Positions 9,175-18,876 of a stretch of 63,285 nucleotides of DNA are shown piece after piece. A model generated the notes under the pieces. That model ran no database searches, was not told the DNA's origin, and saw nothing but the letters and a program-made list of their open reading frames with translations. The DNA lies in contig CAMEET010000001.1 in assembly GCA_945915085.1 (NCBI GenBank), positions 1 through 63,285 of the forward strand, read 5' to 3'. The stretch is from an uncultured Treponema sp. GTDB lineage: Bacteria > Spirochaetota > Spirochaetia > Treponematales > Treponemataceae. Made by a program: the position numbers and the translations under genes. Position 1 is the first letter of the stretch. Each line of letters starts with the position of its first letter.

Positions 9175-9792
9175 ATGGATCCTAAAGCGCTTTATAATAT
9201 TTCTTATGGAATTTTCTTACTTGGAGCAAAAAGTAACGGAAAAATAAACGCATGTATCACAAACACTTGTATGCAGGTAGCTTCTGACCCTGTAAGAGTT
9301 GCAATTTCAGTTATAAATAATAATCTGACTTGCCAGATGATAAAAGATTCTGGATTTTTCAGCCTTTCTATTCTGGATAAAACCTGTACTTTCGATTTTA
9401 TAAAAAACTTTGGTTACCAGAGCGGTAAAAATGTTGATAAATTTGAATCAATCGAATATAAAACTGATGAAAACGGCTGTCCTTATACAGAAAAAATGGC
9501 CTGTTCAGTTTTGAACTGTAAAGTTCTTTCTTCTCAGGATCTTGGAACACATACTTTATTCATTGCTGAAATTCAGGATGCACAGATTTTGAGCAAAAAT
9601 GAACCTCTGACTTATGCATATTATCAAAGTTCTGTAAAACCAAAAACAAATGTTAATAGTTCAAAGAAAATTATTGGCTGGCGATGTAAGATTTGCGGTT
9701 ATGAATACAAAGGAGAAACTCTTCCTGCTGATTTTACTTGTCCGATTTGCGGTCACACTGCAGAAGATTTTGAACCAATATACGAAAGTTAA
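9175..9792 (+). CDS. Flavin reductase-like domain plus C-terminal rubredoxin-like domain (high-MW rubredoxin type)
   Basis: ISYG, GTHTLF, and C-terminal WRCKICGY...FTCPICGH. GGAGG RBS. Confidence 0.88.
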   Translation: MDPKALYNISYGIFLLGAKSNGKINACITNTCMQVASDPVRVAISVINNNLTCQMIKDSGFFSLSILDKTCTFDFIKNFGYQSGKNVDKFESIEYKTDENGCPYTEKMACSVLNCKVLSSQDLGTHTLFIAEIQDAQILSKNEPLTYAYYQSSVKPKTNVNSSKKIIGWRCKICGYEYKGETLPADFTCPICGHTAEDFEPIYES

Positions 9793-9800
9793 ATTTTTTT

Positions 9801-10670
9801 ATGTTCAGCGATACTCATTTTCATTTTAAGTTGATGGCAGAGGAATATGGAGTTGACGCTGTTGAAGTTCTTTCAAAAATGGCAGAAAATAACTGTTATT
9901 TTGGGCTGGACATTGGAACAAAAGCATCTGACTTAATGGAACGAATTGATTTTTGTGAAAGCACAATTAATCAGATTAATGATAAAGAATTTGCACGCAA
10001 AGTCAGTTCGTTTCTGTATTTTTCTGCTGGAATATGGCCTGATATTGATTCAATTCATGATGCTGAAAATCAAATTAAGATTCTGCGTCAGAATATTGCA
10101 GTCAGTACTAAAAAAGTGATTGCAATTGGAGAAGGCGGACTTGATCATCATTGGAATCCGAGCGGTGTAGACGGCAGATGTGAATCTGATTTTGATTCAA
10201 AAACTTACATCTGTGAACGGAATTTTTTTGAGATGCAGCTTGAACTTGCAAAAGAACTTCAATTGCCGTTTATTATTCATTCTAGAGAGGCTTTTGAAGA
10301 CACTTTATCCTGCATAAAAAATGTTGGCTATCATAACGGTATTGTTCATTGTTTCAGCTACGGAATTGAAGAAGCTCGCACTTTTTTGGATTTAGGCTGG
10401 CATATTGCGTTTGGAGGTGCTGTCACTTATACAAAAAAGGCCAAAATGGAACAGATGAAAGAACTGTTGAATTTTGTTCCAGAAGACAGATTTTTATGTG
10501 AAACTGATTCGCCTTATCTGTCGCCAGTTCCACTGCGTGGAAATCCAAATTCGCCGCTAAATATCAATTATGTTTACGAGTTCATTGCAAATGCAAAAAG
10601 CATTACATCAATGGAACTTTCAAACATAGTTGATAGAAATATCAAAAACTTATTTCATCTGGATGGTTGA
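9801..10670 (+). CDS. tatD: TatD family hydrolase/DNase
   Basis: DTHFH, IGEGGLD, IIHSR, IVHCF, ETDSPY. Confidence 0.9.
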   Translation: MFSDTHFHFKLMAEEYGVDAVEVLSKMAENNCYFGLDIGTKASDLMERIDFCESTINQINDKEFARKVSSFLYFSAGIWPDIDSIHDAENQIKILRQNIAVSTKKVIAIGEGGLDHHWNPSGVDGRCESDFDSKTYICERNFFEMQLELAKELQLPFIIHSREAFEDTLSCIKNVGYHNGIVHCFSYGIEEARTFLDLGWHIAFGGAVTYTKKAKMEQMKELLNFVPEDRFLCETDSPYLSPVPLRGNPNSPLNINYVYEFIANAKSITSMELSNIVDRNIKNLFHLDG

Positions 10671-11223
10671 TTTCCATAAAATCACCTTCATTTAGCTCAG
10701 ATGGCAGTTCAAAATGACCGATTTTTGTGCGCTTTAATTGTTCAACTTCATTTTGAAGTGCCATAAAAATCCTCCTTACCTGGTGAAACTTTCCTTCTGT
10801 GATTTTCACCTGCCATAATAAAAACTGTGGATCAAGCGGAGTTAAATAAGCAGTCTGCGACAATTGTTGTGGAGCTTTTTTTTCAGGAGGAAGAATCAAA
10901 CCTTTTTCCGCTTTTTCTATGTAGGATAGATTTCCTGGATTTTTTAATCTGACTATGTAAGTTTTTTCAATTTTGTTTTCTGGAGAAGTCAGTCTGTGTG
11001 AAAAATGACCATCTGTCGTCAAAAACAAAAGACCGCTTGTATCACAATCCAATCTGCCGACAGTGTGCAATCGGTGTCCTCTTTTAGGTTTTGAAACAAG
11101 TTCCCGCATTTCCTGAGGCAAAAGTTCATAAACAGTTTTGTGAGAATCGGAAACTGCAGAACAGACATAACCTGCAGGTTTATTCATAATAAGATAAATG
11201 TTATTTTCGTTTTCGTTTTTCAT
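10642..11223 (-). CDS. RsuA-family pseudouridine synthase lacking the S4 domain
   Basis: NKPAGY, VGRLDCDTSGL, EGKFHQVRR. Confidence 0.88.
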   Translation of the reverse strand: MKNENENNIYLIMNKPAGYVCSAVSDSHKTVYELLPQEMRELVSKPKRGHRLHTVGRLDCDTSGLLFLTTDGHFSHRLTSPENKIEKTYIVRLKNPGNLSYIEKAEKGLILPPEKKAPQQLSQTAYLTPLDPQFLLWQVKITEGKFHQVRRIFMALQNEVEQLKRTKIGHFELPSELNEGDFMEINHPDEISF

Positions 11224-11283
11224 TTGTGATAAATTGTGAAAAAAATAATATAATCGTGCAGACTTTAATTAATCAGATTTCTG

Positions 11284-13302
11284 TTAATTATTGCGACGAC
11301 GGCGTTCAATACCAGAATTTTTATAGAATTCAGCTTTTGCTTTATACATCTGACTGTCTGCAAGCTTGCACAATTGCTGAATATTCATAGAAGGATTTTC
11401 TTTTTTTGTGGCATAACCCATAGAAATCTGAATGGAATCAATAGCTTCACCTTTCCATTCTTTCATTCGCTTAGAAGCTTGCTGCTCAAGTCCATTTATA
11501 TCATCAGTTTTAATGAAAGCAACAAATTCATCTCCTCCTGTTCTAAAGACATTTCCGTATTCTTTAAAAGTTTCTGTCAGAACTGTGGCTGCAGCACAAA
11601 TCAGTTCATCACCAGCGGCATGCCCTTTTGTATCATTCACATGTTTTAAATTGTTCACATCAGCAGAAATGACAACTAGATTTTCTGGAAGTTCAGTTTC
11701 AAGCTTTTTCAATTCTTCGTCATAACATCGTCTGTTTAAAATCTTTGTAAGTTCATCAGTTTTGGTCATCAAAATCATGTTTTCTTCACGACGCTTTTCT
11801 TTATCAATAATTTGAGTAGTAAACATGGCTTGAGTTAAGTTTCCGTCACTGTCACATGAAATTTCTATGAATTGGGCTTTGCACCAGCCGAAGTTTTTTC
11901 CAATAAATTCTTTTGAAATAACTTTCTGATCTTTCAATCTAGACGAAAGAGTGTGCAAATCTGTGAATTCCAATATTTCGTCAAGATACTGCTTTGTAAC
12001 AGTATGTTTCATAACATGATGCATCTGTTTATCGGCACCAGATACTTCATTAATATATTTATCGATGTGAGTTTGAGATGAATAGCTGTGAATTTTATTT
12101 TCTTTTAAATCTATAAGATGCATTGTCATGTAAATTCCGGCAAGGGAAGTGAGAATATTAAGCTGTTCCTGCATCTTTTTTTTGCTTTCTATCAGTTCTT
12201 CTGTAAATGCTTTTTCTTTGACAACATCTGAAGTAATCTCACGGATAATAAATGCCACACTTCTTGATTTCTTTTTTGTCATAAGCAGAGTAATTCTGAT
12301 TTCATACCAGTAAAGATTATTATTCTGTTTTACTCTAAAATGAATTCGATGAGGAATGCCATATTTTACTTTTTCCCAAATAACATCAGTTTGCAATTCA
12401 TTATAAACAATTTCCCTGTCTTCTTTATAAACAACATCATGTAAAAATGCAAAAAGCCTGTTTTCATAAGAAATAGAATTTCTATTTGAAAAAGAACCAC
12501 GTTTCATCAGTCCACAAGAACGAATGATTTTTTCTTCCCCAGTATCCAGATTTAAAGTTGCTATTATTTCAAAAGTAGATGTTATAGAAATCATGACATT
12601 CTGCAGTTCGTCATTTTGATTTTGAATAAGTTTGTCGTGTTTCTGTGCAATTACAAAAATGTGAGTTACGCTAATTGCCGTTAAATAACCAATTGATAAA
12701 AACGGTGCGCTTGGAAAAATCTCCTGCAGTATTCCGCAGAAAAATGGAATAAGCACAAAAAACAATACGATTATATATTTCCATAGATGACGGTGAATTT
12801 CTTTGACAGAATGATAAAGGCACAAAGAGAAAATCAATAAAAAAGGAATATATTCAAAAAAATACAAAACCGGGCGCATTTTTCCAGTTCTGTACGAGCA
12901 GTCTTTTGTGATGTAAAATATATCGTTGGAAAAAAAGTTTGAAACAACGAATGAAAGGAGAATGAGAAGTACAAAAAATCCAATATTGATAAAAAGTGAT
13001 TTTCTTTTTACATTTTCAAGGTAGACAATTGCGTACAAAATCCAGCTGAATGTTACAAAACTCATTACGGTAAAGAGACAGGTTGTTGTAATAAAAAAGC
13101 CTTTTATGCTTGTGAAAATTCCGCTGTCGTAAAATCCCCAGATTGCATCAACACAGAAAAAAAGTGTTGTAAGCAGAAGTAAAAATCTGTGAATTCTATC
13201 CAACGAAGGTTTTTGCGTTGTAAGATTTAGAGAATTTACAAAGTAAAACGCAAAAAGCAGAGCGGAAACTATATCTATCAGCGAATAGAATGGAAAAATC
13301 AC
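11284..13302 (-). CDS. Membrane-bound diguanylate cyclase (GGDEF)
   Basis: N-terminal multi-TM region, PAS-like middle, DELT.ILNRR, DVNNLKHVNDTKGHAAGD, RTGGDEF, ADSQMY. Confidence 0.9.
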   Translation of the reverse strand: MIFPFYSLIDIVSALLFAFYFVNSLNLTTQKPSLDRIHRFLLLLTTLFFCVDAIWGFYDSGIFTSIKGFFITTTCLFTVMSFVTFSWILYAIVYLENVKRKSLFINIGFFVLLILLSFVVSNFFSNDIFYITKDCSYRTGKMRPVLYFFEYIPFLLIFSLCLYHSVKEIHRHLWKYIIVLFFVLIPFFCGILQEIFPSAPFLSIGYLTAISVTHIFVIAQKHDKLIQNQNDELQNVMISITSTFEIIATLNLDTGEEKIIRSCGLMKRGSFSNRNSISYENRLFAFLHDVVYKEDREIVYNELQTDVIWEKVKYGIPHRIHFRVKQNNNLYWYEIRITLLMTKKKSRSVAFIIREITSDVVKEKAFTEELIESKKKMQEQLNILTSLAGIYMTMHLIDLKENKIHSYSSQTHIDKYINEVSGADKQMHHVMKHTVTKQYLDEILEFTDLHTLSSRLKDQKVISKEFIGKNFGWCKAQFIEISCDSDGNLTQAMFTTQIIDKEKRREENMILMTKTDELTKILNRRCYDEELKKLETELPENLVVISADVNNLKHVNDTKGHAAGDELICAAATVLTETFKEYGNVFRTGGDEFVAFIKTDDINGLEQQASKRMKEWKGEAIDSIQISMGYATKKENPSMNIQQLCKLADSQMYKAKAEFYKNSGIERRRRNN

Positions 13303-13384
13303 AATAACAATTATATATTACAAAGACAATATTTTCTATAAGAAAAATGTTGTATCTAGTTTTTTTTTTGTAATAAAGGTTTAA

Positions 13385-13837
13385 TTATCTATAAATAACC
13401 TGAAATGTCTGGAAAACAAGTTTTAAATCAGGTTTAAACTCAAAGCCCAGAATATCACCTTCTTCCTGAAGATATTCTGTCTTGCGTTCTTTCCACTGTG
13501 CAAGGTTTTCGTCTTCGCCTTCAAGTTTTGCCATATCCCATGTGATTTCATTAAACGGCAAAACTGTAACCGACGTTATTTCAATAACGCAGACTGGATT
13601 ATTTGCACGGTCGACAACGATGTAAAGTTCACCTGAAACAGGTAGCGGTTCCTGATCAATGGCATAAGTTGCAAAACTTGTAAAAAATGCCGTTTTCTTT
13701 CCGCTCAAAACAAGTGCAGTTAACTGGTCGCTCACAAATCCTTTTGCTTCAAAAAAAAGGTCACCGGAACATTTTTCTTCTTCATCACGATTTGTAGATT
13801 TTAAAAATTTTTGCCAATATTCGTCCAAAACTGTCAT
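13385..13837 (-). CDS. ASCH domain protein
   Basis: LVLSGKKTA, EPLP..GE, A.LEGE....L..W pattern. Confidence 0.8.
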   Translation of the reverse strand: MTVLDEYWQKFLKSTNRDEEEKCSGDLFFEAKGFVSDQLTALVLSGKKTAFFTSFATYAIDQEPLPVSGELYIVVDRANNPVCVIEITSVTVLPFNEITWDMAKLEGEDENLAQWKERKTEYLQEEGDILGFEFKPDLKLVFQTFQVIYR

Positions 13838-14005
13838 TTTATAACCTCACAAAATGCATTTTACAAAATTTTCTTCTTTTCAGATATTTTTTTGATTTAA
13901 AGGCTGTCACAAAACTAAAATTAGTATGACAAAACTTATTCGACAGGTCATTAACAACGTCAAAATCAAGATTTTAAACCTGTAGTACACTGGCTCGATG
14001 TATTT

Positions 14006-14296
14006 TTATCGTTTTTTCAAAATCAAAAGAATAAACGAAATGATAAAAAAAATCGAAGGAATCAATATGCTTAAAAAAACGGAAAGCGGAATACCGAAAA
14101 TCTGGGTTCTTGAAACAGTCAGTACTCCGATTTTTATCAAAAGCCGGTAAACGATAACTGCATATCCTGCAAGAATTCCTGAAACCAAAGTCATGCAGGC
14201 AAAATCCCTTGTTTTTGACATCAAAAGGATTGCCAGAAATGAAACAATTCCTCCGAGAATAAGTTTTATGATAAATAATAAAATTTCGTAATCCAT
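14006..14296 (-). CDS. Small membrane protein (3 TM)
   Basis: Hydrophobic 96-aa ORF co-oriented downstream of clpA. Confidence 0.7.
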   Translation of the reverse strand: MDYEILLFIIKLILGGIVSFLAILLMSKTRDFACMTLVSGILAGYAVIVYRLLIKIGVLTVSRTQIFGIPLSVFLSILIPSIFFIISFILLILKKR

Positions 14297-14313
14297 ATAA
14301 TTATTTTCGTCAG

Positions 14314-15138
14314 TTATAATTTAAAAGGTGAGTTTTTTAGTACTGTAAAAACACCTTTATCTGCGCCAAAAGGCACGATTGATTTTTCTGAATATGACGG
14401 ATTTATGGCAATGCCGAGTTTAAGACAATGATTCACAAACTCATCATATTTTTCTGCACTCACTTTTGGAAAAAGATAAGGACCTTTTCTTTCCCAATAT
14501 TTTGTCAAAACTGTATCATAAATGAACCAGTCTTTTTCCTGACGGAGTGGCAGCTGTGCAATCAGATTATAAATGCTTCTTGTAATTGCAGCCTGAAGTG
14601 AAAACGGCAAACTGATTTTCCTGCTCAAAACTGCTGATAACGAGGCGAGGTGTGCTTCTTTTTCAGCGGAGTCTGGAGTCTGGAAAAAATGAGATTTAAC
14701 TGCAAGAAGATAAATAGAATCTGTCCAAGGCAAAGGTGGAGCAATTATAACTGCATCAGCATCAAAACATTTCTGTTCATTTTCGTTCCACGGAGAATAA
14801 AAAGATGTATTTCCTTGTGAAATAGCCAGTCCTGCTTTGAGTGCATCCATTTTGTGTGCAAAACAAATCACTTTGCGGTCAGAATTCAAAAGTTTTGATA
14901 CGGCTTTTTCCATGCGGCTTTTGTCTTCGCACAGAAAACTGCCTGTTTGACCTCTAGAAATGACATTTTTAAAATGAGTAAACGCACTGTCTCCGTGCCA
15001 GCCAAGAATTGCCCGACTATTTTCCTGATAACAATCAGTTATGCGCACACCTTTTTTTGTGTAAAGGAAGCAGTTTCTTGCCCGAGTCACAGGTCCATAT
15101 AAATCATAAAGTTTTGTATAAAAAAGTTCTTTATTCAT
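14314..15138 (-). CDS. Hypothetical protein resembling a shortened class-III aminotransferase fold
   Basis: N-terminus PVTRARNCFLYTKKGVRITDCYQENSRAILGW resembles the class-III aminotransferase N-terminal motif. Confidence 0.55.
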   Translation of the reverse strand: MNKELFYTKLYDLYGPVTRARNCFLYTKKGVRITDCYQENSRAILGWHGDSAFTHFKNVISRGQTGSFLCEDKSRMEKAVSKLLNSDRKVICFAHKMDALKAGLAISQGNTSFYSPWNENEQKCFDADAVIIAPPLPWTDSIYLLAVKSHFFQTPDSAEKEAHLASLSAVLSRKISLPFSLQAAITRSIYNLIAQLPLRQEKDWFIYDTVLTKYWERKGPYLFPKVSAEKYDEFVNHCLKLGIAINPSYSEKSIVPFGADKGVFTVLKNSPFKL

Positions 15139-15200
15139 AATCTAAATCAATTTTTTCACAAATTTTCCTACAACTTTTTTTGTATCCGACAGACAGAAAA

Positions 15201-17639
15201 TTATTCTTGATTGTTTTTTGTAATCAAAATTTCTCCATCGGCGTCGATTTTCGCAATTGCTTTTCCGCCTTTTGCCAGCGAACCAAAAAGAACTTCGTCC
15301 ACAAGTTTGTCGGCAATTTCGTTTTCAATTGTCCGGGCAATATTTCTAGCCCCAAATTCTTTTGAATATCCTTTTTTTGACAGAAGCTCGATACATTCAG
15401 GAGAAACGTCGAGCGAAACTTTTTTCTGCAAAAGTCGTTTAGAAAGATTTGCAATTTCTTTTTGGCAGACTCGTTTTGCAATTTCAAAATCAAGATAATT
15501 GAAAGGAATCACAGAATCAAGGCGATTTCTGAATTCAGGAGGAAATGTTTTGTTCACCGCTTCATTCAAAGAAGCTTCAACATTTTTCAAATCTTCTGTA
15601 CCAAATCCGATGTTTCCTTTTTCCAAATCGCGTGCACCAGCATTGCTTGTCATGATTATGATGCAGGAACGGAAATCAGCTTTTCGTCCCTGATTGTCGG
15701 TGAGTTGTCCATAATCCATCACCTGTAGAAGTACGTTGTAAATATCCTGATGAGCTTTTTCAATTTCATCAAATAAAACGATGCTATTTGGATTTTTTCG
15801 AACCTCTTTTACAAGAATTCCGCCTTCCTCAAATCCTACATAACCTGGAGGCGAACCAACAAGTCGGCTGACAGAATGTTTTTCCTGATATTCGCTCATA
15901 TCATAACGCAAAAGCGGCATTTTCAAGATTTTTGAAAGCGAGCGTGCCAGTTCAGTTTTTCCACAGCCTGTAGGGCCCACAAACAGAAAAATTGCTTCCG
16001 GTTTGTCAGGATTTCTAAATCCAACTCTTGCCCGTTTGACTGCTTTGGAAAGTTTATGCACTGCTTCGTTTTGTCCAAAAATATCCTTTTCAAGATTATC
16101 TTCAAGTTTTTGCAAAAGAGATTTTTCATCATTGTTGATGGAGTCAATTGGCAGCTGTGTGATTTTTGCTGTCACTTTTTTGATGATATCTTTTGTGACA
16201 ACTGCATTTTTTTTGGAAGAATTGTTTCCACTGTTATCGCCGTTTTCAAATCTGATTGTATTTTTTCCTGTAAATCCACCGGAATTTTGAATGAAAACGT
16301 AAGAACCTGCTTCATCAATAATATCGATTGCTTTATCTGGAAGTTTTCGTTCTGGTAGATAACGCACAGAAAGATTAACAGCATCTTCAATTGAACCTTT
16401 TGCGTAACGAACATTGTGATGTTTTTCAAAGTTGAAAATCAAGCCTTCAATTATTTTTACAGTTTCCTGCGCGGAAGGTTCAGTTATATCAACTTTCTGG
16501 AAACGACGCGAAAGTGCTTTGTCTTTTTCAAAAATATTTGAAAATTCCTCATAAGTAGTCGAACCAATCAGTTTAATTCTGCCGTTTGTCAGATATGGTT
16601 TGAGAATGTTTGCCGCATCCATTTGATTTGAACCATTTGTTCCAGCGCCGATAATCATATGGATTTCATCAATAAACAAAATTGCTTTTTTTCCATCTTT
16701 CTGCTGTTCAATTTCGTCAAGAATGCTTGTAAGTCTTTCCTCAAAATCTCCACGAAATTTGGAACCGGCAAGAAGAACTCCCAAATCAAGCGAATATATA
16801 GAAGAATTCTGCAAGATTAAAGGAACCTGTTTGTTTACAATCCGTTGAGCAAGACCTTGAATGATTGCGGTTTTTCCAACTCCAGCATCACCCACGAGCA
16901 GAGGATTATTTTTTGACCGTCTGCACAAAATCTGAAGAGTGCGTTCAATCTCATTATCTCTGCCAATCAAAACATCGTATTCATGTTTTCCGGCTTTTTC
17001 TGTCATGTCTTCAGCAAACCGTTTTAATCCACCAGTGTTGTTTGTCATCATGCTTTCCATGATATTCTGTTGATTCTGGTTACGGGTTTCATTGGTTTCT
17101 TCCGAAGAATTCATTGCTTTTTCAATTTTTTCAACACGCGAAGTAAGTCGATATTGTGTGATTGATGCAAAAAGATTGTCCTTGCTTACGCCGCTTGCCT
17201 GCAGACAATAAGCTGAAAAACTGTTTTTGTTGTGATACATGCTCAAAAGGATGTCAAGCATGTCAATTACATCAGCATTTGTTGCTGCACAGTTAAAAAG
17301 AGTGTGACTCATCATTTCCCGGAAAGCTGAAGAATCAATTGGAGCTTCAAAAAGTTTGAGTTTTCCATTTTCTTGAGAAACGACTGGAATTTTCGTCATC
17401 AAATAATTGTTTAATTCAAATTTCAGAAAGTCTAAATTTGCGCCGCATTTTTTTAAAAAATCGGCAATAAATTCTTTTTTGACAGCAACAGACAAAATAT
17501 GCTCGGGTGTGAAAAAAAGATGATTTAAATCTTCGGCGATAAATCTCGCCTCGAGCATTATTTTTCCCAAAAGAGGACTTGTTCTAAACTGGCGCACATT
17601 AGTGCCTTTATTGTTATTATCAGAATTACTCAACTTCAA
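15201..17639 (-). CDS. clpA: ATP-dependent Clp protease ATP-binding subunit ClpA
   Basis: Two AAA modules (GDAGVGKT/FIDEIH and GPTGCGKT/FDEIEKAH, MTSNAG), adjacent to clpS. Start may be GTG 17597. Confidence 0.92.
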   Translation of the reverse strand: MKLSNSDNNNKGTNVRQFRTSPLLGKIMLEARFIAEDLNHLFFTPEHILSVAVKKEFIADFLKKCGANLDFLKFELNNYLMTKIPVVSQENGKLKLFEAPIDSSAFREMMSHTLFNCAATNADVIDMLDILLSMYHNKNSFSAYCLQASGVSKDNLFASITQYRLTSRVEKIEKAMNSSEETNETRNQNQQNIMESMMTNNTGGLKRFAEDMTEKAGKHEYDVLIGRDNEIERTLQILCRRSKNNPLLVGDAGVGKTAIIQGLAQRIVNKQVPLILQNSSIYSLDLGVLLAGSKFRGDFEERLTSILDEIEQQKDGKKAILFIDEIHMIIGAGTNGSNQMDAANILKPYLTNGRIKLIGSTTYEEFSNIFEKDKALSRRFQKVDITEPSAQETVKIIEGLIFNFEKHHNVRYAKGSIEDAVNLSVRYLPERKLPDKAIDIIDEAGSYVFIQNSGGFTGKNTIRFENGDNSGNNSSKKNAVVTKDIIKKVTAKITQLPIDSINNDEKSLLQKLEDNLEKDIFGQNEAVHKLSKAVKRARVGFRNPDKPEAIFLFVGPTGCGKTELARSLSKILKMPLLRYDMSEYQEKHSVSRLVGSPPGYVGFEEGGILVKEVRKNPNSIVLFDEIEKAHQDIYNVLLQVMDYGQLTDNQGRKADFRSCIIIMTSNAGARDLEKGNIGFGTEDLKNVEASLNEAVNKTFPPEFRNRLDSVIPFNYLDFEIAKRVCQKEIANLSKRLLQKKVSLDVSPECIELLSKKGYSKEFGARNIARTIENEIADKLVDEVLFGSLAKGGKAIAKIDADGEILITKNNQE

Positions 17640-17934
17640 CCCTTAACGGAAAACCGTTTTTGCGTGCAATACTTTTTGTTACATCAGAAAGAGAAACGGC
17701 AATATCATAAGTGTACACACCAACAACAGATGAACCGTTTTCGTGAACATTCATCATCAAAGTCTCAGCTTCGTCCTTTGTTTTGTTAAAAATGCACATC
17801 AACACTTTAATAACAAAATCCATAGTTGTAGAATCGTCATTATAAAAAACAACTTTCATCTCTGGTGGCTGCTTGAGCTCAGTTTTTTCCATAATATTAC
17901 TATTTTCTAAATTCTCTTTTAACGAATTATCCAT
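17626..17934 (-). CDS. clpS: ClpS adaptor
   Basis: VVFYNDDSTTMDFV, VHENG, GFPL. Confidence 0.93.
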   Translation of the reverse strand: MDNSLKENLENSNIMEKTELKQPPEMKVVFYNDDSTTMDFVIKVLMCIFNKTKDEAETLMMNVHENGSSVVGVYTYDIAVSLSDVTKSIARKNGFPLRVEVE

Positions 17935-17982
17935 ATTTTTACTATAGCACAAAACACACTTTTTGTCTTATAATCTTAAAAT

Positions 17983-18759
17983 ATGGCTAAGAAAAAATTT
18001 AAACTAAATTTTGTATTTGACGCACCTGTGACAATAAGTTTTTGTCTGATTTCGGTGATTTTGTTTGCAGTAAATCAGTTTGCTTTTAAAGGTTCTCTTG
18101 ACGGCAAAATTCTTTCTTCTCCGACGACTCTTGCTGGACCTGTTCCTTTTATAGTTTCAAATCCTGCATCATATTTTCGTCTTTTTTTGTATGCTTTTAG
18201 CGCTCAGAATTGGATTTTGCTTTTTACAAACCTGATGTTTCTGCTGATGCTCGGGCCATCGCAGGAAGAGCGGTACGGTTCAGTTGTCATTGGCATAATG
18301 ATGGGCGTTTCAATTATTTTTTCGGGCGTACTTAATGCATGCTTTTGTGAAACAAGTTTGAAAGGCTGCAATTGTGTGATTTTTATGATGATTTTTCTGA
18401 ACTCATTTATGTCGTTTTCCAAAAAGAAGATTCCATCAAGTTTTGTAATTATTTTTATCTTCTATATTGTTAAAGAAATTTTACAGGTATCAGATAAAAG
18501 ACTTTCAGGTATTGTCGGTTTGATTATTTGCATTGCAGGCGGATTGTGCGGAAGCCTTTTTGCCTTTTTGACTTCTCCAAAAGCACGTGCTGAAAAAAAA
18601 TCAGAAAAAAATTCCAGACCCATTTCATCTATGACGGCGGAAGGAAAAACTGCTTTTTTAGAAGAATTGGATAGTCAAAGCCCAAGAAATAATTCTAAGA
18701 AATCAAAAAAGTCTGATTCTGATGATGATACGACTGTGATTGGAACTATCAAATTTTAA
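17983..18759 (+). CDS. Rhomboid-family membrane protein, catalytic dyad apparently lost
   Basis: APVT, FRLF, N...LL.LGP..EERYGS rhomboid motifs. GASG is replaced by GCNC and the TM6 His by Cys. Confidence 0.75.
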   Translation: MAKKKFKLNFVFDAPVTISFCLISVILFAVNQFAFKGSLDGKILSSPTTLAGPVPFIVSNPASYFRLFLYAFSAQNWILLFTNLMFLLMLGPSQEERYGSVVIGIMMGVSIIFSGVLNACFCETSLKGCNCVIFMMIFLNSFMSFSKKKIPSSFVIIFIFYIVKEILQVSDKRLSGIVGLIICIAGGLCGSLFAFLTSPKARAEKKSEKNSRPISSMTAEGKTAFLEELDSQSPRNNSKKSKKSDSDDDTTVIGTIKF

Positions 18760-18766
18760 TATTAAA

Positions 18767-18830
18767 AAAAAATCCTGCACGCGGAATAAAATCATCAGAA
18801 AAATTGATTCTATGGCATGCAGGATTTTTT
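18767..18830. terminator. Bidirectional terminator-like inverted repeat between convergent genes
   Basis: AAAAAATCCTGCA ... TGCAGGATTTTTT. Confidence 0.65.
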
Positions 18831-18876
18831 ATGCGGACATAATTATTTTCCGCAATTATTTTCTTTCCTAAAAAAA

